A stretch of DNA of 64,000 bases from an uncultured Clostridia bacterium (GCA_934154805.1 CAKPGM010000001.1:6177-70176); one strand, 5' to 3'; shown: positions 1 through 10,270, counted from the stretch's first letter. Made by a program: numbers and translations. The notes: a model not told the origin generated them from the letters alone.

Positions 1-364
1 TATTTATATACTTATTTAACATCAATTTCAAGTCATCTTTAGCCATTTTTTGTTCATTTTCGGTTTCTTCTTTTATTATACTTTCGTCTTCAATTCCTGT
101 AATTTCCACTTTATAATCAGGACTAAGTTTAGATATATCTTCATAATATTCATCTATTATATTTTTAACAGAGTAGTATTTAGCTGGTGATGTTACTGCT
201 TCTACGCTTTCATCAGGCTGAATTTCATCGATTTTTTCATATTTGTGTTCTTCTAATCCTACATTATTATTATCTTTATTTTTCTTTATTACTATATAAG
301 TTACTATTAACGTAATAATCAACAATATAATAATTATCAATATTATCTTCTTTAATTTATCCAA
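1..364 (-). CDS. hypothetical membrane-anchored protein (3' end beyond the window edge), last visible gene of the transfer cluster
   Basis: Absent from the ORF track. TTG start at 364-362 follows a GGAGAGGAG Shine-Dalgarno at 371-379. Translation LDKLKKIILIIIILLIITLIVTYIVIKKNKDNNN... gives one N-terminal TM helix and then an acidic soluble region. The frame stays open to position 1. Confidence 0.4.
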   Translation of the reverse strand, partial: MDKLKKIILIIIILLIITLIVTYIVIKKNKDNNNVGLEEHKYEKIDEIQPDESVEAVTSPAKYYSVKNIIDEYYEDISKLSPDYKVEITGIEDESIIKEETENEQKMAKDDLKLMLNKYIN

Positions 365-382
365 TTTTCTTCTCCTCTCCAA

Positions 383-562
383 TTATGGCATTATTATCCA
401 GCTAAATGATAATCTTCCTTTTACCACTTTATTAGCATCCGCTACTGATTTATAAGGTCCGTCATGTCCCCTAGCAGAGTCTAATATATAAAATTTATAT
501 CCTTGACTTTTGTATTGACTTGGTGCTGGAATAATTGCTAATATGTGTCCGAGATTCTCCTC
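383..562 (-). pseudogene. out-of-frame C-terminal remainder of the hydrolase at 495-3029
   Basis: The +1 frame, open from 562 to stop 383-385, reads EENLGHILAIIPAPSQYKSQGYKFYILDSARGHDGPYKSVADANKVVKGRLSFSWIIMP. The GH(I/V)xxI segment is where C39-like peptidases carry the catalytic His. That frame is closed by TAA TAG immediately upstream (568-563), so the shift lies at about 551-562. Confidence 0.55.
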
Positions 563-3029
563 CTATTACAGGATATCCTTTTTCCAACGCTTGTAATGCT
601 TCAGATTCTGTACATGCTTTTGAAGTAACACCATAATATTTTTTCAAAAAGTCACTTCCAAATATTTTGCTACTAGATCCTTCTCCTGGAACATAATAAC
701 TTCCATCAGGCCAATATCTCGCAATGTTTGCTACAACCGTAGTAGGAGTTATTGATGAATCACCTTTTAATCCTGCCAATATCATTGCTAGACTAGTAGG
801 TCCACAACCAGATCTTGGTATAGTAGATGTTCCATATGGTCCAGGGTAGTCTTTTTGTAGATAATGCGGATAGTTATATCCATCTGCTGATACAGTATCT
901 ACATCGAAGTTAGCACTTCCAGCAAAATCTTCTGGATGTAGTTCCATCGATATAGACTTGTTATATGATAATATGTATCTACCTTCTGAGAATAATATTC
1001 TTCTATCATATCCTCTATTTCCTTGAAAAGCCCTGCTAGAATTAAATACAGCATCACATGGTCCACCATTTTCCATATATGATTTAACTATACTTGATAT
1101 AAAATATCCTTGATATCTGATATCTGTTAGGCAGTCTATTTGGTAACTCATGAAATCATTTTCACTATATCCCATATCATTTATAGTCTTGATAACTTCT
1201 GCTCTTCTAGCTTCCCAAACATCTCTTGATACATTGTCTACTATATCGACTGGCATTGTTGATGTTCCAAAATTATGATACTTACTATCATCTACATTTA
1301 TTCCATATTGCTGAAAATAGTTCTTACAAGGTTGTATATTTACTCCATATCCATAGTTCATAGTTCCATTAGATGTTCCATCATCAGTCATATAATATAA
1401 GGTTTGATCTTGCGATATATATTTTGCCGTATTTTCTGTATACGCTGTTCCTTCCTTATTTCTGTATAACCATACTGCTGCATTTTCATGCAAACATGTC
1501 CAGTTCCAACCTATACTTCCGTTTGCTGGACTAGTTGTTTCAAATTCAAATAATCTCTGATCAAGTTGTTGTACTCCAAAGTCCTCATCAGTTGCTTTAT
1601 ATAATAGATATTTTATTAAGTCTATCATATCAACAGTCTTCCTACTATTTCCCAACATTTTAAACAACCAAGATGTAGTACTCATTATCTTACTTTTTGC
1701 ATTTCTAAACTCAGGTTTATTCAGTAATGTAACAAAATTATCTTCAGTTGAGTTTGGATCCGTTTTTTCTTCTATGACAGGCGTACCTTCTTTATATCTT
1801 TTTGATCCCATAGCCATTGTGTAATTAGTGCTTTTCTTTTCTCGTGTTGTATTTGGATCATTTGTAGCTTCAACTTTTGAATCAGTTTCTAGTACTGTAT
1901 TTGTTTCACCTGTTTGTGTTAGCCCCTGTATTTCTTGAGTATATTCTATGCTATATTTTGCAAACCAAACATCAGCATATGTAGGAACAACTTCTACTGT
2001 ATCTGTATTTGTTGTTACAACAGTTGTAACAGTTCTATCTTCTTTTGAAACATCCGTTACATAATCTCCCGTTTCTTCATCAAGATATGTATCTGTAATG
2101 GTGATTTCATAAGTTTCCACAGTTGTTTCGACTGTCGTCGTTAAATTGTCAAATACAGTTAATGTTATTTCACTATCTAATGCTAGTTTAGCTACTTCAT
2201 TTACAAATTCTTCTTCTGTACTTTTTACAAGTAGCGCCCACAAAAAGTCAAACGGCATAACAAAGCCATCTAACATATCTTTATAATCTATATACACTTC
2301 ATTAAGTGTAAATTCATAATCACTTCCACTCGATATTCCTGGTACATCCGAGGTAACTTCTGTTATAATCTCCACATATTGTGCAACAACAAGCTGTCCA
2401 TCGCTATTAACCGAATATTTAAATAATGCTGTTTTATCACCAGAAACTACTAATGAATGAAAATCCTCATAATTCATATATTCTAGCTCAATAGTTGCAT
2501 CATCAGTAGTTCCTATATTCGAGTTTGCAACGGTTCTTCTATTTACGGTTATTACTCCATTAAATTCATCTTGCTTTTTAGGATCTGCATCACCTATTTT
2601 AAAATTTTGAGTTACAAGTTCAGCCTTTAAAAAATTGGTTAGATATTCTTGTTGATTTTCCTTAGTAATGTATGTGTGCAATACACTTTCATCATCTTCT
2701 AACTTCTTTATTATTGTATCTACCAATTCTGGCATATCGAAATCATATCCTTCGTCATCTTCTTTTATTGGAAGATTTTCACCCAATTTTTCCTGTATAA
2801 CCTTTTCTATTGTACTTGGTACATTTCCTTTTTTTCCAGCTCTATAAGAACCGTTATGTATAACTACAATTTCAATTATTCCAGCTATCAATGTAGTTAT
2901 TAGCAATGCTATTAATATATATGGTAATATTTTAAGGGCTAATGCTAATAGCATCTTCGCAATAAATTTTCCTACTTTTTTTAATGTCTTTTTTGCCTGA
3001 TCAAAAAACTTACTTTCATTTTCTTCCAT
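495..3029 (-). CDS. conjugation-associated cell-wall hydrolase: N-terminal TM anchor, T/E/V-rich linker, C-terminal papain-like (C39_2/NlpC-type) peptidase; C-terminus interrupted by a frameshift
   Basis: 844-aa ORF with TM helix LLALALKILPYILIALLITTLIAGIIEIVVI. The C-terminal motif RSGCGPTSLAMILAGLKGD is typical of the C39-like catalytic Cys region. The gene lies at the end of the T4SS operon. The frame ends abruptly 8 codons after VIGGE. Confidence 0.6.
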   Translation of the reverse strand: MEENESKFFDQAKKTLKKVGKFIAKMLLALALKILPYILIALLITTLIAGIIEIVVIHNGSYRAGKKGNVPSTIEKVIQEKLGENLPIKEDDEGYDFDMPELVDTIIKKLEDDESVLHTYITKENQQEYLTNFLKAELVTQNFKIGDADPKKQDEFNGVITVNRRTVANSNIGTTDDATIELEYMNYEDFHSLVVSGDKTALFKYSVNSDGQLVVAQYVEIITEVTSDVPGISSGSDYEFTLNEVYIDYKDMLDGFVMPFDFLWALLVKSTEEEFVNEVAKLALDSEITLTVFDNLTTTVETTVETYEITITDTYLDEETGDYVTDVSKEDRTVTTVVTTNTDTVEVVPTYADVWFAKYSIEYTQEIQGLTQTGETNTVLETDSKVEATNDPNTTREKKSTNYTMAMGSKRYKEGTPVIEEKTDPNSTEDNFVTLLNKPEFRNAKSKIMSTTSWLFKMLGNSRKTVDMIDLIKYLLYKATDEDFGVQQLDQRLFEFETTSPANGSIGWNWTCLHENAAVWLYRNKEGTAYTENTAKYISQDQTLYYMTDDGTSNGTMNYGYGVNIQPCKNYFQQYGINVDDSKYHNFGTSTMPVDIVDNVSRDVWEARRAEVIKTINDMGYSENDFMSYQIDCLTDIRYQGYFISSIVKSYMENGGPCDAVFNSSRAFQGNRGYDRRILFSEGRYILSYNKSISMELHPEDFAGSANFDVDTVSADGYNYPHYLQKDYPGPYGTSTIPRSGCGPTSLAMILAGLKGDSSITPTTVVANIARYWPDGSYYVPGEGSSSKIFGSDFLKKYYGVTSKACTESEALQALEKGYPVIGGESRTHISNYSSTKSIQKSRI

Positions 3030-3039
3030 TTAAACTCTC

Positions 3040-3951
3040 CTAAATATTTACACTATATTCCATATTTGTATATGTTCCATCATTATTTTGTTTCTTTGCG
3101 TTCGAAAATACTATACACTTAAATTCTCTCTCATATGTATATGCATTAGTAAATTTTATAGCAACATTCATTGTTACACCTTTTCTAATATAAATTTGCT
3201 CTTTTGTCAAAGTATCATTTGTTACAGAATATTTTATATCATTATTATCCAGTAAATATAGTGTATTTGTATTTTTTAAGTCATCTAACAATACATCTGT
3301 ATCACCATTATTTGTTATCTGTAGATAATATCTTTCATATTTCATATGTGTGTCTTTTTTTGTAACCTTAAATACTATATTATCTTGTTTTGTTTCTTTA
3401 TTTACTTCCGAGCTTCCTATATAATTATTAATATTTAGTTTGTATTGATTATCTTCTGTTACAACAGAAATAAAATCTTGTATATTATTTTCTGCCGTTC
3501 CTCCTGTTAAAAGTACGTCTTCTTTTATATCCACTTTAAAAGTATTATTAATCCAATTTTGTATTGTATAAGATTTTTTCGACCCAAAATTTTTTTCGTA
3601 ATAGTTATTGTAAAAATTGTCATAGCTAGAGTACATTATGCTTTGACAGTCTTTGCTAAGCATATTATATGCTTCTTCTGATTTTCCTTCATTGCATAAT
3701 TTAATGAATTCTTCTATAACATCTTTATGCTTAGAAGTTAATTCTAAATCAGTTGTTGAATCTTCTGAAATGGCTGGGCGTAAATCAGAATCTATATGTC
3801 TGTTTTGTTCTATAATTTCATTTAAATTATCTTGATTAGATTCCTTTGCAAAGTAATTTAGCGTCTGAATAATTGCAATTATAAATATAATGGCTAATAT
3901 TACTAAAATTATTTGTTTTCGATTTTGATTTATTATTCTTCTTATATTCAT
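3040..3951 (-). CDS. TM-anchored transfer-cluster protein of unknown function (position and size compatible with a VirB8/TcpC-like component)
   Basis: 303-aa ORF with an N-terminal TM helix (QIILVILAIIFIIAIIQTL) followed by a soluble region. It sits between the VirB6-like gene and the hydrolase. The VirB8-like assignment rests on position and architecture only. Confidence 0.35.
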   Translation of the reverse strand: MNIRRIINQNRKQIILVILAIIFIIAIIQTLNYFAKESNQDNLNEIIEQNRHIDSDLRPAISEDSTTDLELTSKHKDVIEEFIKLCNEGKSEEAYNMLSKDCQSIMYSSYDNFYNNYYEKNFGSKKSYTIQNWINNTFKVDIKEDVLLTGGTAENNIQDFISVVTEDNQYKLNINNYIGSSEVNKETKQDNIVFKVTKKDTHMKYERYYLQITNNGDTDVLLDDLKNTNTLYLLDNNDIKYSVTNDTLTKEQIYIRKGVTMNVAIKFTNAYTYEREFKCIVFSNAKKQNNDGTYTNMEYSVNI

Positions 3952-4014
3952 ACTTTCCTCATTTCTTCTTATGCCAATTAAGCCAAAAGGAATACTCCTT
4001 TTGGTTTAATTGTT

Positions 4015-6708
4015 TTATTCTCCTTTTACAATTCTTATCTGATTCATAGCATTGTCTGCCGCTTTTTTTGCCTGTCTAGCCGACAATCCCTTTTTCTCAA
4101 ATTTTCTTGCTAATGCTTTTGTCGCATTATCTGTTTTGTTTGCTTCACGGAACGTTCCAGCATCATAATGTGTAGATAGATTTGCTATTTCTATTGCATA
4201 TTTTTGTGCAAATTCTTCTTGTCTGCTTAATTCTTGTTGCAATCTTTGTTGTTCTGCTTCATTATTTGCAGCTTGTGCTGACTGCAATTGCTCTCTAACA
4301 CTTGCTGTTCTATTCTCTTTGATGTCATATATTCTATCCATCTCTTTGATGTCTGTTACACCGGTTCTTCTATATTTAGCGTACTCTTGCATTCTCTTTT
4401 CAATTTCTCTATTACGCTCTGAACGTTTCATTTCAGGATTTTCTTTCATTATCTTATCTGCAACATGTTGTCTATTTCCTATATCATTCATAAATTCTGC
4501 ATCAGCTTGTCTATTTTGAGCTTCTTTTTTACCATACGTAATTTGATTATATGCATCGCTAAGTGAACTTGCTGTATTCTCAATTCCTCTTGCTGTTTTG
4601 TTTCCTATTGCCTTTCCTGCAATTCCTCCTAACATTGCGCCTTTCCACATATCGTTCATATTACCGCCGACAATTCCACCGGCTAAACCTATTGCTGATC
4701 CTCCTATTAGAGCAGATCCTCTTAATGCCACTCTACCAGCACCTAATGCTGCTCTCTTTAGTAAAGTTTTGCCTGTCTTTCCTACTGGTATATCGTATTT
4801 TTCTCTTAAGTATTTTGTAAAGTTGCTTTCAGTTTTTCCTGTATTTGGAACACTAGTTACATCTAAGTCATCTTGGTTTGTAATAGGTAATCCACTCTCT
4901 GAATCCTGCAAGCTTGGTCCAGAATTTGCTCCTAAATTTCCTAATTCTTCATCAGTATATTCTCTACCAAATCCTATGTATTCATCCTCTTCATTATTTG
5001 TATTATTAGTATTCTGATTATTAGTATCTTGATTTGCTCCCATAGTAGCTGTTGCAGCTGCCGCACCACTTCCTATTGCCAAGTTGCCATCTTCGGCAGC
5101 TAGTGCATCTAATCCGTCTCCTTCTACTATATTTGGATCTGTAACATTTTTGTCTTTTGTTCTAATTTTATTAGATCCGCCACTTTCTTTACTTTTCTCT
5201 TTACCTTTTCCTAATCTTTGTAGTGCTTGTGCAGCTAATGCTCCACCTGCGAATCCCCCCATTGCTGGAGCTGTTTCGCTTCTGATACCAAACATACTCT
5301 TAATCATTTTTTCTGCTGGTACAATGAATGCTAATACACACACAGCATATAATGGAGATTCTACAACTAAGTCGATTGCTGATGTTACAAGTATCGTGTA
5401 TAGGACCAAATGTATAATTGGTAACATTGCATTTACTAAATATTCTCTTAACCAATATTCAAAAGCTTGTGCCCTTGAATCTTTTACTTTATCTATAGGA
5501 TATGTAAGCGCTACAAGTGGTGCAATTATTGTTAAAAATGTTAATATTACTATCCTCTTCAAATATATAAAGAAGAAATATATTGTATAGAATGTTAATG
5601 CTAAATACATTATTGTATATGTTAATTTATTCCATCCATCCGGATTTTCTGATAATATTCTATTATATCCAATTAGGTTTGTTGGAAATATTCCAGGTAC
5701 ATCGCCAGTATATGCACCAGAATCCTGATCTTTGAGTTGTTCAGTTAGCTCTTTTACTCCTGCTCCCATACTTGGATTTGTAGCTACTGCATTATTATAT
5801 GCATCATTCCAACTGTATTTAACTGTATTTCCGTTTGTGTCTACTACATTGACCAAAATGGTATTAATTGTTTTTGAACTTGTTTTTGGATTATCTGTTA
5901 CAAATAGTTTTTGTATTTCTTTTACCATAGTCATCGAGAATACCATAATATAGTGTAAGAAAAATACTAGGCATAGAGCAATTACCCAATCAATAAACAT
6001 TTGCTTATATTTTGCCTTGTCTGACGCAACAGCAGAAGTTATCATTCTTATTGCGACATACACTAACACAGAAAGTAATCCAACAATTGCAATTAATCTA
6101 AGTCCTTGATACCAATTTGAAATTACTTTTTTTAGTTTTCCAGCCGTTGAATATTCTTCTCCTCCTATCATTGTGTCTTGATATTCCGAAGAAGTAGTAT
6201 CACCAAAAAAGTCTGCGTCTAGGAAAGCAACTCTTCCAGCAAATATTTCAATTGGAGTCACCTTAATATTTGGTGCAACTAAATCCGATTTCTTTTTTAA
6301 ATATCCCATACCTTCAGGAACTGCGTCAGTATTTCTTCCAACTATCATTACTTTCTTTTCTTTCATATTAGATGATGGATTATCAACATCAAATATTGCT
6401 CTAATGCTTGCTTCATCTGTTTTTCCATCACATTGGTCAAAAACTACATCTCTCAAAGCCTTGTATACTCCCGAGTCAGATTTATTTACGGCAGACCCTA
6501 ATAACGAATCACCAGTTCCTACTGTTTTTCCTATTAAATTATTTGCAACATCACCGAGTGCTCTTAATAAATCGCATATTGGTTCTATAAGTTCACCACC
6601 AAAATCTGCCTGACTATATGTTGGCATTACAAAGGTAAATGTTAGCATTACTATTAGTAGTGATATGATAATCTTTTGCTTTATGCTTTTAACTTTTTTG
6701 TCTTTCAT
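4015..6708 (-). CDS. VirB6/TrbL/TcpH-like polytopic T4SS membrane protein with a long C-terminal extension
   Basis: 897-aa ORF with a signal peptide or TM at the N-terminus and several internal TM helices (e.g. LRLIAIVGLLSVLVYVAIRMI, VIALCLVFFLHYIMVFSM, IMYLALTFYTIYFFFIYL, ILTFLTIIAPLVAL). It also has an N/T/Q low-complexity stretch (NQDTNNQNTNNTNNEEDE), a Gly-zipper segment (GSALIGGSAIGLAGGIVGG) and a charged coiled-coil tail. It lies directly downstream of the VirB4 gene. Confidence 0.55.
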   Translation of the reverse strand: MKDKKVKSIKQKIIISLLIVMLTFTFVMPTYSQADFGGELIEPICDLLRALGDVANNLIGKTVGTGDSLLGSAVNKSDSGVYKALRDVVFDQCDGKTDEASIRAIFDVDNPSSNMKEKKVMIVGRNTDAVPEGMGYLKKKSDLVAPNIKVTPIEIFAGRVAFLDADFFGDTTSSEYQDTMIGGEEYSTAGKLKKVISNWYQGLRLIAIVGLLSVLVYVAIRMITSAVASDKAKYKQMFIDWVIALCLVFFLHYIMVFSMTMVKEIQKLFVTDNPKTSSKTINTILVNVVDTNGNTVKYSWNDAYNNAVATNPSMGAGVKELTEQLKDQDSGAYTGDVPGIFPTNLIGYNRILSENPDGWNKLTYTIMYLALTFYTIYFFFIYLKRIVILTFLTIIAPLVALTYPIDKVKDSRAQAFEYWLREYLVNAMLPIIHLVLYTILVTSAIDLVVESPLYAVCVLAFIVPAEKMIKSMFGIRSETAPAMGGFAGGALAAQALQRLGKGKEKSKESGGSNKIRTKDKNVTDPNIVEGDGLDALAAEDGNLAIGSGAAAATATMGANQDTNNQNTNNTNNEEDEYIGFGREYTDEELGNLGANSGPSLQDSESGLPITNQDDLDVTSVPNTGKTESNFTKYLREKYDIPVGKTGKTLLKRAALGAGRVALRGSALIGGSAIGLAGGIVGGNMNDMWKGAMLGGIAGKAIGNKTARGIENTASSLSDAYNQITYGKKEAQNRQADAEFMNDIGNRQHVADKIMKENPEMKRSERNREIEKRMQEYAKYRRTGVTDIKEMDRIYDIKENRTASVREQLQSAQAANNEAEQQRLQQELSRQEEFAQKYAIEIANLSTHYDAGTFREANKTDNATKALARKFEKKGLSARQAKKAADNAMNQIRIVKGE

Positions 6709-6727
6709 ACATACTCCTTTTTTTGCT

Positions 6728-8689
6728 CTATTTTCTTTGCTTCTCTGCTAGTTTATTAATATTGGTTTCAACAAATTCGAATTCCTTTGCAGTTGGTGTT
6801 ATTTGCAAGATAGCTGTGTCTTTTCCAACCTTTAATAAACCTTCTCCTTTGTTACATGTTACTAAGAAACCTGCTTCTCCTTCACTTAATTTAAATACTT
6901 CTTTTAGGTATTTTATTTCTGATTTATCTTGTGCTAATAATAATTTTGTATCTGAAGATGTAAGAACTGCTTGAACTTCTGGTTTCTCATAGAAGTCTTG
7001 GAATCTTTGCGAGATAATTGCTAAAGATACATTTCTTTTTCTAGCACGTCTTGCCATTGTGTTTAAGAAGTCAACTGCTTCTGGATATGGCAATAACATC
7101 CACGCCTCATCCACAAGAACCCTCTTCTTAGCAGCTTTTTTTCTATCTTCACTATTTTTCTTAACATATTTTTCCCAAATCCATGATAGTAGTATTTGTT
7201 GTGCAAGTGGTCTTGCAAATCTCTCTTCTAGTTGTGATATATCTAGATTAATGAATAATGTTCCGTCTAATAAATCAAATGTAGATTGTCCATCAAAATA
7301 TGCCATTTGTCCATCATATTTTCTTATGTACTGTTTCATAACCTTTAACAGATAGCTATAGTGAAATCTATAGTCTGGGTTTTGGTTTTCCTCTGATTTT
7401 CTCAATAGTCTTTCATACCAAGATCCTATTGTTGGCATTTGTTTCTTTCTTCTTCCAAGCATATTACCAGAGCTTTCCATAGTGCTTTCATATATACTTG
7501 AAGGATCACTATTAATACCTGCTGCAGCATATTCTTCTGATACTGCTTCTGCTATTATTTGTTTTGTTAACTCATTTACTTCTTGGCTTCTTGTACTACC
7601 TCTTGCCATTGTTAACAACGCCTGTGTAACGTCCTCCACTTTGTTTTCTACATTTAGTATCGTTTTTTCTCTTCCTGTTATTTCGTCTTTTACCATCTCT
7701 GTTTCTATATCAAAAACATTTATTATAGTGTTCGATGTAGGGCTTAATATAACATTTGTTCCGCCAAGACTTTCTGCAACTATTCTATACTCGCCCTCAG
7801 CATCTAGTGCTAAACTTTGTATTCCCATTAGAACTGCAGATCTTGATATTAGAGTCTTCATTGTAACAGATTTACCAGCACCAGACTTAGCAAATATAAC
7901 CATGTTATAGTTTGTTAATGAATTGTGGAAATTATCAAATAATATTGGTACTCCAGTTTGTTTATTGAACCCTAGTGGTATTCCTGTTATATGTCCAACC
8001 TCCGATGTTGTAAATGGAAATACTGTTCCCATTGATCTATGGTCAAAAGTGTGAGTTCTCTTTATTTTATCAGAATTGAATGGCAAGTTTGATTTAAACG
8101 CTTCTTCTTGCATTCCCCAGGCACTCTTTATTCCTACTAATGATTTAGACATTTCAGAAGACAATAGTTTTGTTAGTTTATCTAAATCTTCCAAATTGTA
8201 AGCAAACAACGTTGCTACGATTGAAGCTGAATATAATTTATTAAAGCCTGCAGCTATTTCATCTCTTAATTGCTCTGCTTCAAATCTTTTTTGTGCTAAT
8301 GTACTTTCTCTATTTATATTTCCCTTATCTGCTGCCACAATTCTTTCTGTTTCAAGTTCATTTATTGTTCTATTTAATTCATTTTGAGAACTAGATTCTG
8401 GAATAGGATTTATATATATAGATGTATTTATATCTCCAAACAAGTACATATCTCTAAATAATTCAGGGAATGTACACATTCTTGGAAGTGCTGATATAAA
8501 GAAACTTCTTGCATATCTTTTTGTATTTGAAATTATCTCCAAGTGATCGATATTGCTAGCGTCTATTCCTGATGGTGCAATTAGTTCTTTTATTGTTTTT
8601 TTATGTAATATCTTTGGATCTTCTCCAACAGAATAATCATTTCTGTTTGCTTGAAGGTTATCTTGTGTTTTTTTCTTCTTATTGAACAT
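6728..8689 (-). CDS. virB4: VirB4/TraE-family conjugal transfer ATPase
   Basis: 653 aa. Walker A is FAKSGAGKSVTMK and Walker B-like is RVLVDEAWMLL. The N-terminal LIAPSGIDASNIDHLEI... resembles Gram-positive VirB4 (TcpF/Orf16-type). Its start overlaps the end of the upstream gene by 11 nt. Confidence 0.85.
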   Translation of the reverse strand: MFNKKKKTQDNLQANRNDYSVGEDPKILHKKTIKELIAPSGIDASNIDHLEIISNTKRYARSFFISALPRMCTFPELFRDMYLFGDINTSIYINPIPESSSQNELNRTINELETERIVAADKGNINRESTLAQKRFEAEQLRDEIAAGFNKLYSASIVATLFAYNLEDLDKLTKLLSSEMSKSLVGIKSAWGMQEEAFKSNLPFNSDKIKRTHTFDHRSMGTVFPFTTSEVGHITGIPLGFNKQTGVPILFDNFHNSLTNYNMVIFAKSGAGKSVTMKTLISRSAVLMGIQSLALDAEGEYRIVAESLGGTNVILSPTSNTIINVFDIETEMVKDEITGREKTILNVENKVEDVTQALLTMARGSTRSQEVNELTKQIIAEAVSEEYAAAGINSDPSSIYESTMESSGNMLGRRKKQMPTIGSWYERLLRKSEENQNPDYRFHYSYLLKVMKQYIRKYDGQMAYFDGQSTFDLLDGTLFINLDISQLEERFARPLAQQILLSWIWEKYVKKNSEDRKKAAKKRVLVDEAWMLLPYPEAVDFLNTMARRARKRNVSLAIISQRFQDFYEKPEVQAVLTSSDTKLLLAQDKSEIKYLKEVFKLSEGEAGFLVTCNKGEGLLKVGKDTAILQITPTAKEFEFVETNINKLAEKQRK

Positions 8690-9863
8690 CTTCTTTTGTC
8701 TCCTTTCTTTGTCTCTTTCTCTCTTTTCTTATTCTTTCTTGTGCATCCTCTGCAACTTCGTCTCCTAGCATGCCCGCATTTTCCTGAATATACATTTCTG
8801 CTAGACTGCTTACAATATCATCGATATTTTGTTTTTTCTCTGTGTATTTCTTTGCTTTTTCAGATTGTACTTCCATAACTTTTTCGTTTGCTTTTTGTTT
8901 TGCTTTTATTTCTATCTCCTCATCAAGTAATTGCATCTTCTTATCCATGTAATCTTGTGCTGTTAAATATAGCTCATCAAATCTTGCTCTTCTTGCTCTA
9001 TCTATTCCATAATCTTCAGATTCATCTCTATTGTATGCTACATATAATAAATCAGCTAATTCTGTAGAGTTTAATATTCTTCCTACTACTCCTGATACGC
9101 TTAAAGCTCTAATTACTGATTTAGATTTTGTATACAACTCTGAAAAAGCTCTCTCTCTAATTTCGTCTTTATCTAAATATCCTTCATCTCCAGTTTCAGA
9201 ATAGTATGAAAGAACAGCGTAATATTTTTCATTTAGTATATTTTTATTTAGACTCATTCTTTCTGTATTATAGATTATATCTTTTCCATATTCATATAGA
9301 TTTTTTTGTTTGATATATTCATAGTATTCTTTTCTTACTAAATCTTCCGATATATTAGGATTCTTTGCTATTTGTTCATATCTCATTTTTTGTTTAGCAT
9401 ATTCTTTTTCTATCTCATCAACCTTTTCCCTATAATTTTGCAAACTACTTTCAAGGTTAATTTTTCTTGTTTGTATGTATAATTGTATTGGTTCTTTTAA
9501 AGTGTTTAAAAATTGAGAAAAACCTTCTTCTACACCAACTTTTTCCTCTTGTGACATCAAATCATAGTTTATTCCTTGGCATTCAATAACCATTATAAAC
9601 CTTTTTCCATTCTTTTGGATAATCATATTGTCTTCTATTTTATCAAACTCCATAAAGTTGAATACTGAATCTATAGTATATTGCTTAATTTTTGACTTTG
9701 AATTTTTTGCATTCTCATCTTCAGTTTGTTTTAGACTTTCCTCACCTTTTTCTTTCATTTTCATCTTTAGGTATATAACAGCTAAAACAATCAGTAATAT
9801 TACCATTATTCCCGCAATTATTAATAGTGCTGTTGTTAATAAACTTATATTATTATTTGTCAT
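8679..9863 (-). CDS. T4SS-associated membrane-anchored coiled-coil protein (function unknown)
   Basis: The ORF track gives 8679-9887. I prefer the ATG at 9863 (MTNNNISLL...) because GGGGAGGA lies 6 nt upstream. One TM helix (LLTTALLIIAGIMVILLIVLAVIYL) is followed by K/E-rich coiled-coil sequence. The gene overlaps both neighbours, which suggests translational coupling. Confidence 0.5.
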   Translation of the reverse strand: MTNNNISLLTTALLIIAGIMVILLIVLAVIYLKMKMKEKGEESLKQTEDENAKNSKSKIKQYTIDSVFNFMEFDKIEDNMIIQKNGKRFIMVIECQGINYDLMSQEEKVGVEEGFSQFLNTLKEPIQLYIQTRKINLESSLQNYREKVDEIEKEYAKQKMRYEQIAKNPNISEDLVRKEYYEYIKQKNLYEYGKDIIYNTERMSLNKNILNEKYYAVLSYYSETGDEGYLDKDEIRERAFSELYTKSKSVIRALSVSGVVGRILNSTELADLLYVAYNRDESEDYGIDRARRARFDELYLTAQDYMDKKMQLLDEEIEIKAKQKANEKVMEVQSEKAKKYTEKKQNIDDIVSSLAEMYIQENAGMLGDEVAEDAQERIRKERKRQRKETKEDVQ

Positions 9864-10200
9864 CTGTATCCTCCCCATCATATACATATATTTTGTTTTT
9901 CTTTTGCTTAAATTTTATTGCTCTTATAATTACATCATCCAGCGTTTGTCCTGCATTCACTTTTGCCCATTTAACCCCCGATAAATTTGGTACTTTGAAA
10001 GTTCCAATAACAAACCCGATTAATGCAAATATTATTAGTAAGATTATTCCAATTTGTGTCAATTTTATTAATTTGAATATAAAAAATAGTATCAACCCTA
10101 CAATCGACAATCCTGCTGTAAACATTAGTGATTTTCTGGTAAATATAAATAATATTCTACCCTCGCCTTTCACATTTCTAGGTAAATTATATGTTCCCAT
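9853..10200 (-). CDS. PrgI/TcpE-family (VirB3-like) small T4SS membrane protein
   Basis: 115 aa. The N-terminus YNLPRNVKGEGRILFIFTRKSLMF is followed by two TM helices. It lies immediately upstream of the VirB4 region, which is the usual VirB3 position. Confidence 0.65.
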   Translation of the reverse strand: MGTYNLPRNVKGEGRILFIFTRKSLMFTAGLSIVGLILFFIFKLIKLTQIGIILLIIFALIGFVIGTFKVPNLSGVKWAKVNAGQTLDDVIIRAIKFKQKKNKIYVYDGEDTDDK

Positions 10201-10270
10201 CTTTTGATTTTTCTCCTTATTATAATTTCTCTTTTATATTATAACATATAAATAAGAAAAAAGTAACAAA

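Noticed and set aside
551-570. Programmed +1 ribosomal frameshift at the GGAGGAG sequence in the hydrolase gene
   Set aside because: An SD-like element is present, but there is no recognisable slippery or hungry-codon context like the prfB CUU-UGA site. The zero frame continues for another 22 codons before stopping. A simple indel (a mutation or a sequencing error) is the more economical explanation.
8679-9863. Interpreting the 394-aa TM/coiled-coil protein as a split N-terminal domain of VirB4
   Set aside because: The segment after its TM helix (…IIQKNGKRFIMVIECQGINYDLMSQEEK…) is reminiscent of the N-terminal region of VirB4-type proteins. However, the adjacent 653-aa VirB4 already has its own N-terminal domain (LIAPSGIDASNIDHLEI…), and the rest of this protein is coiled coil. 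That is too weak a basis for a call.
4319-10207. Many plus-strand track ORFs antisense to the T4SS genes (e.g. 4598-5017, 5084-5590, 7482-7910, 9827-10207). Similar antisense ORFs occur throughout the window (e.g. 22352-22666, 24772-25290, 28926-29351, 50744-51271, 53250-53711).
   Set aside because: They lie entirely inside longer, motif-bearing ORFs on the opposite strand. They translate to low-complexity L/F/S/I-rich sequence, as expected from the complement of AT-rich coding DNA, and they lack SD sequences. I treat them as spurious.
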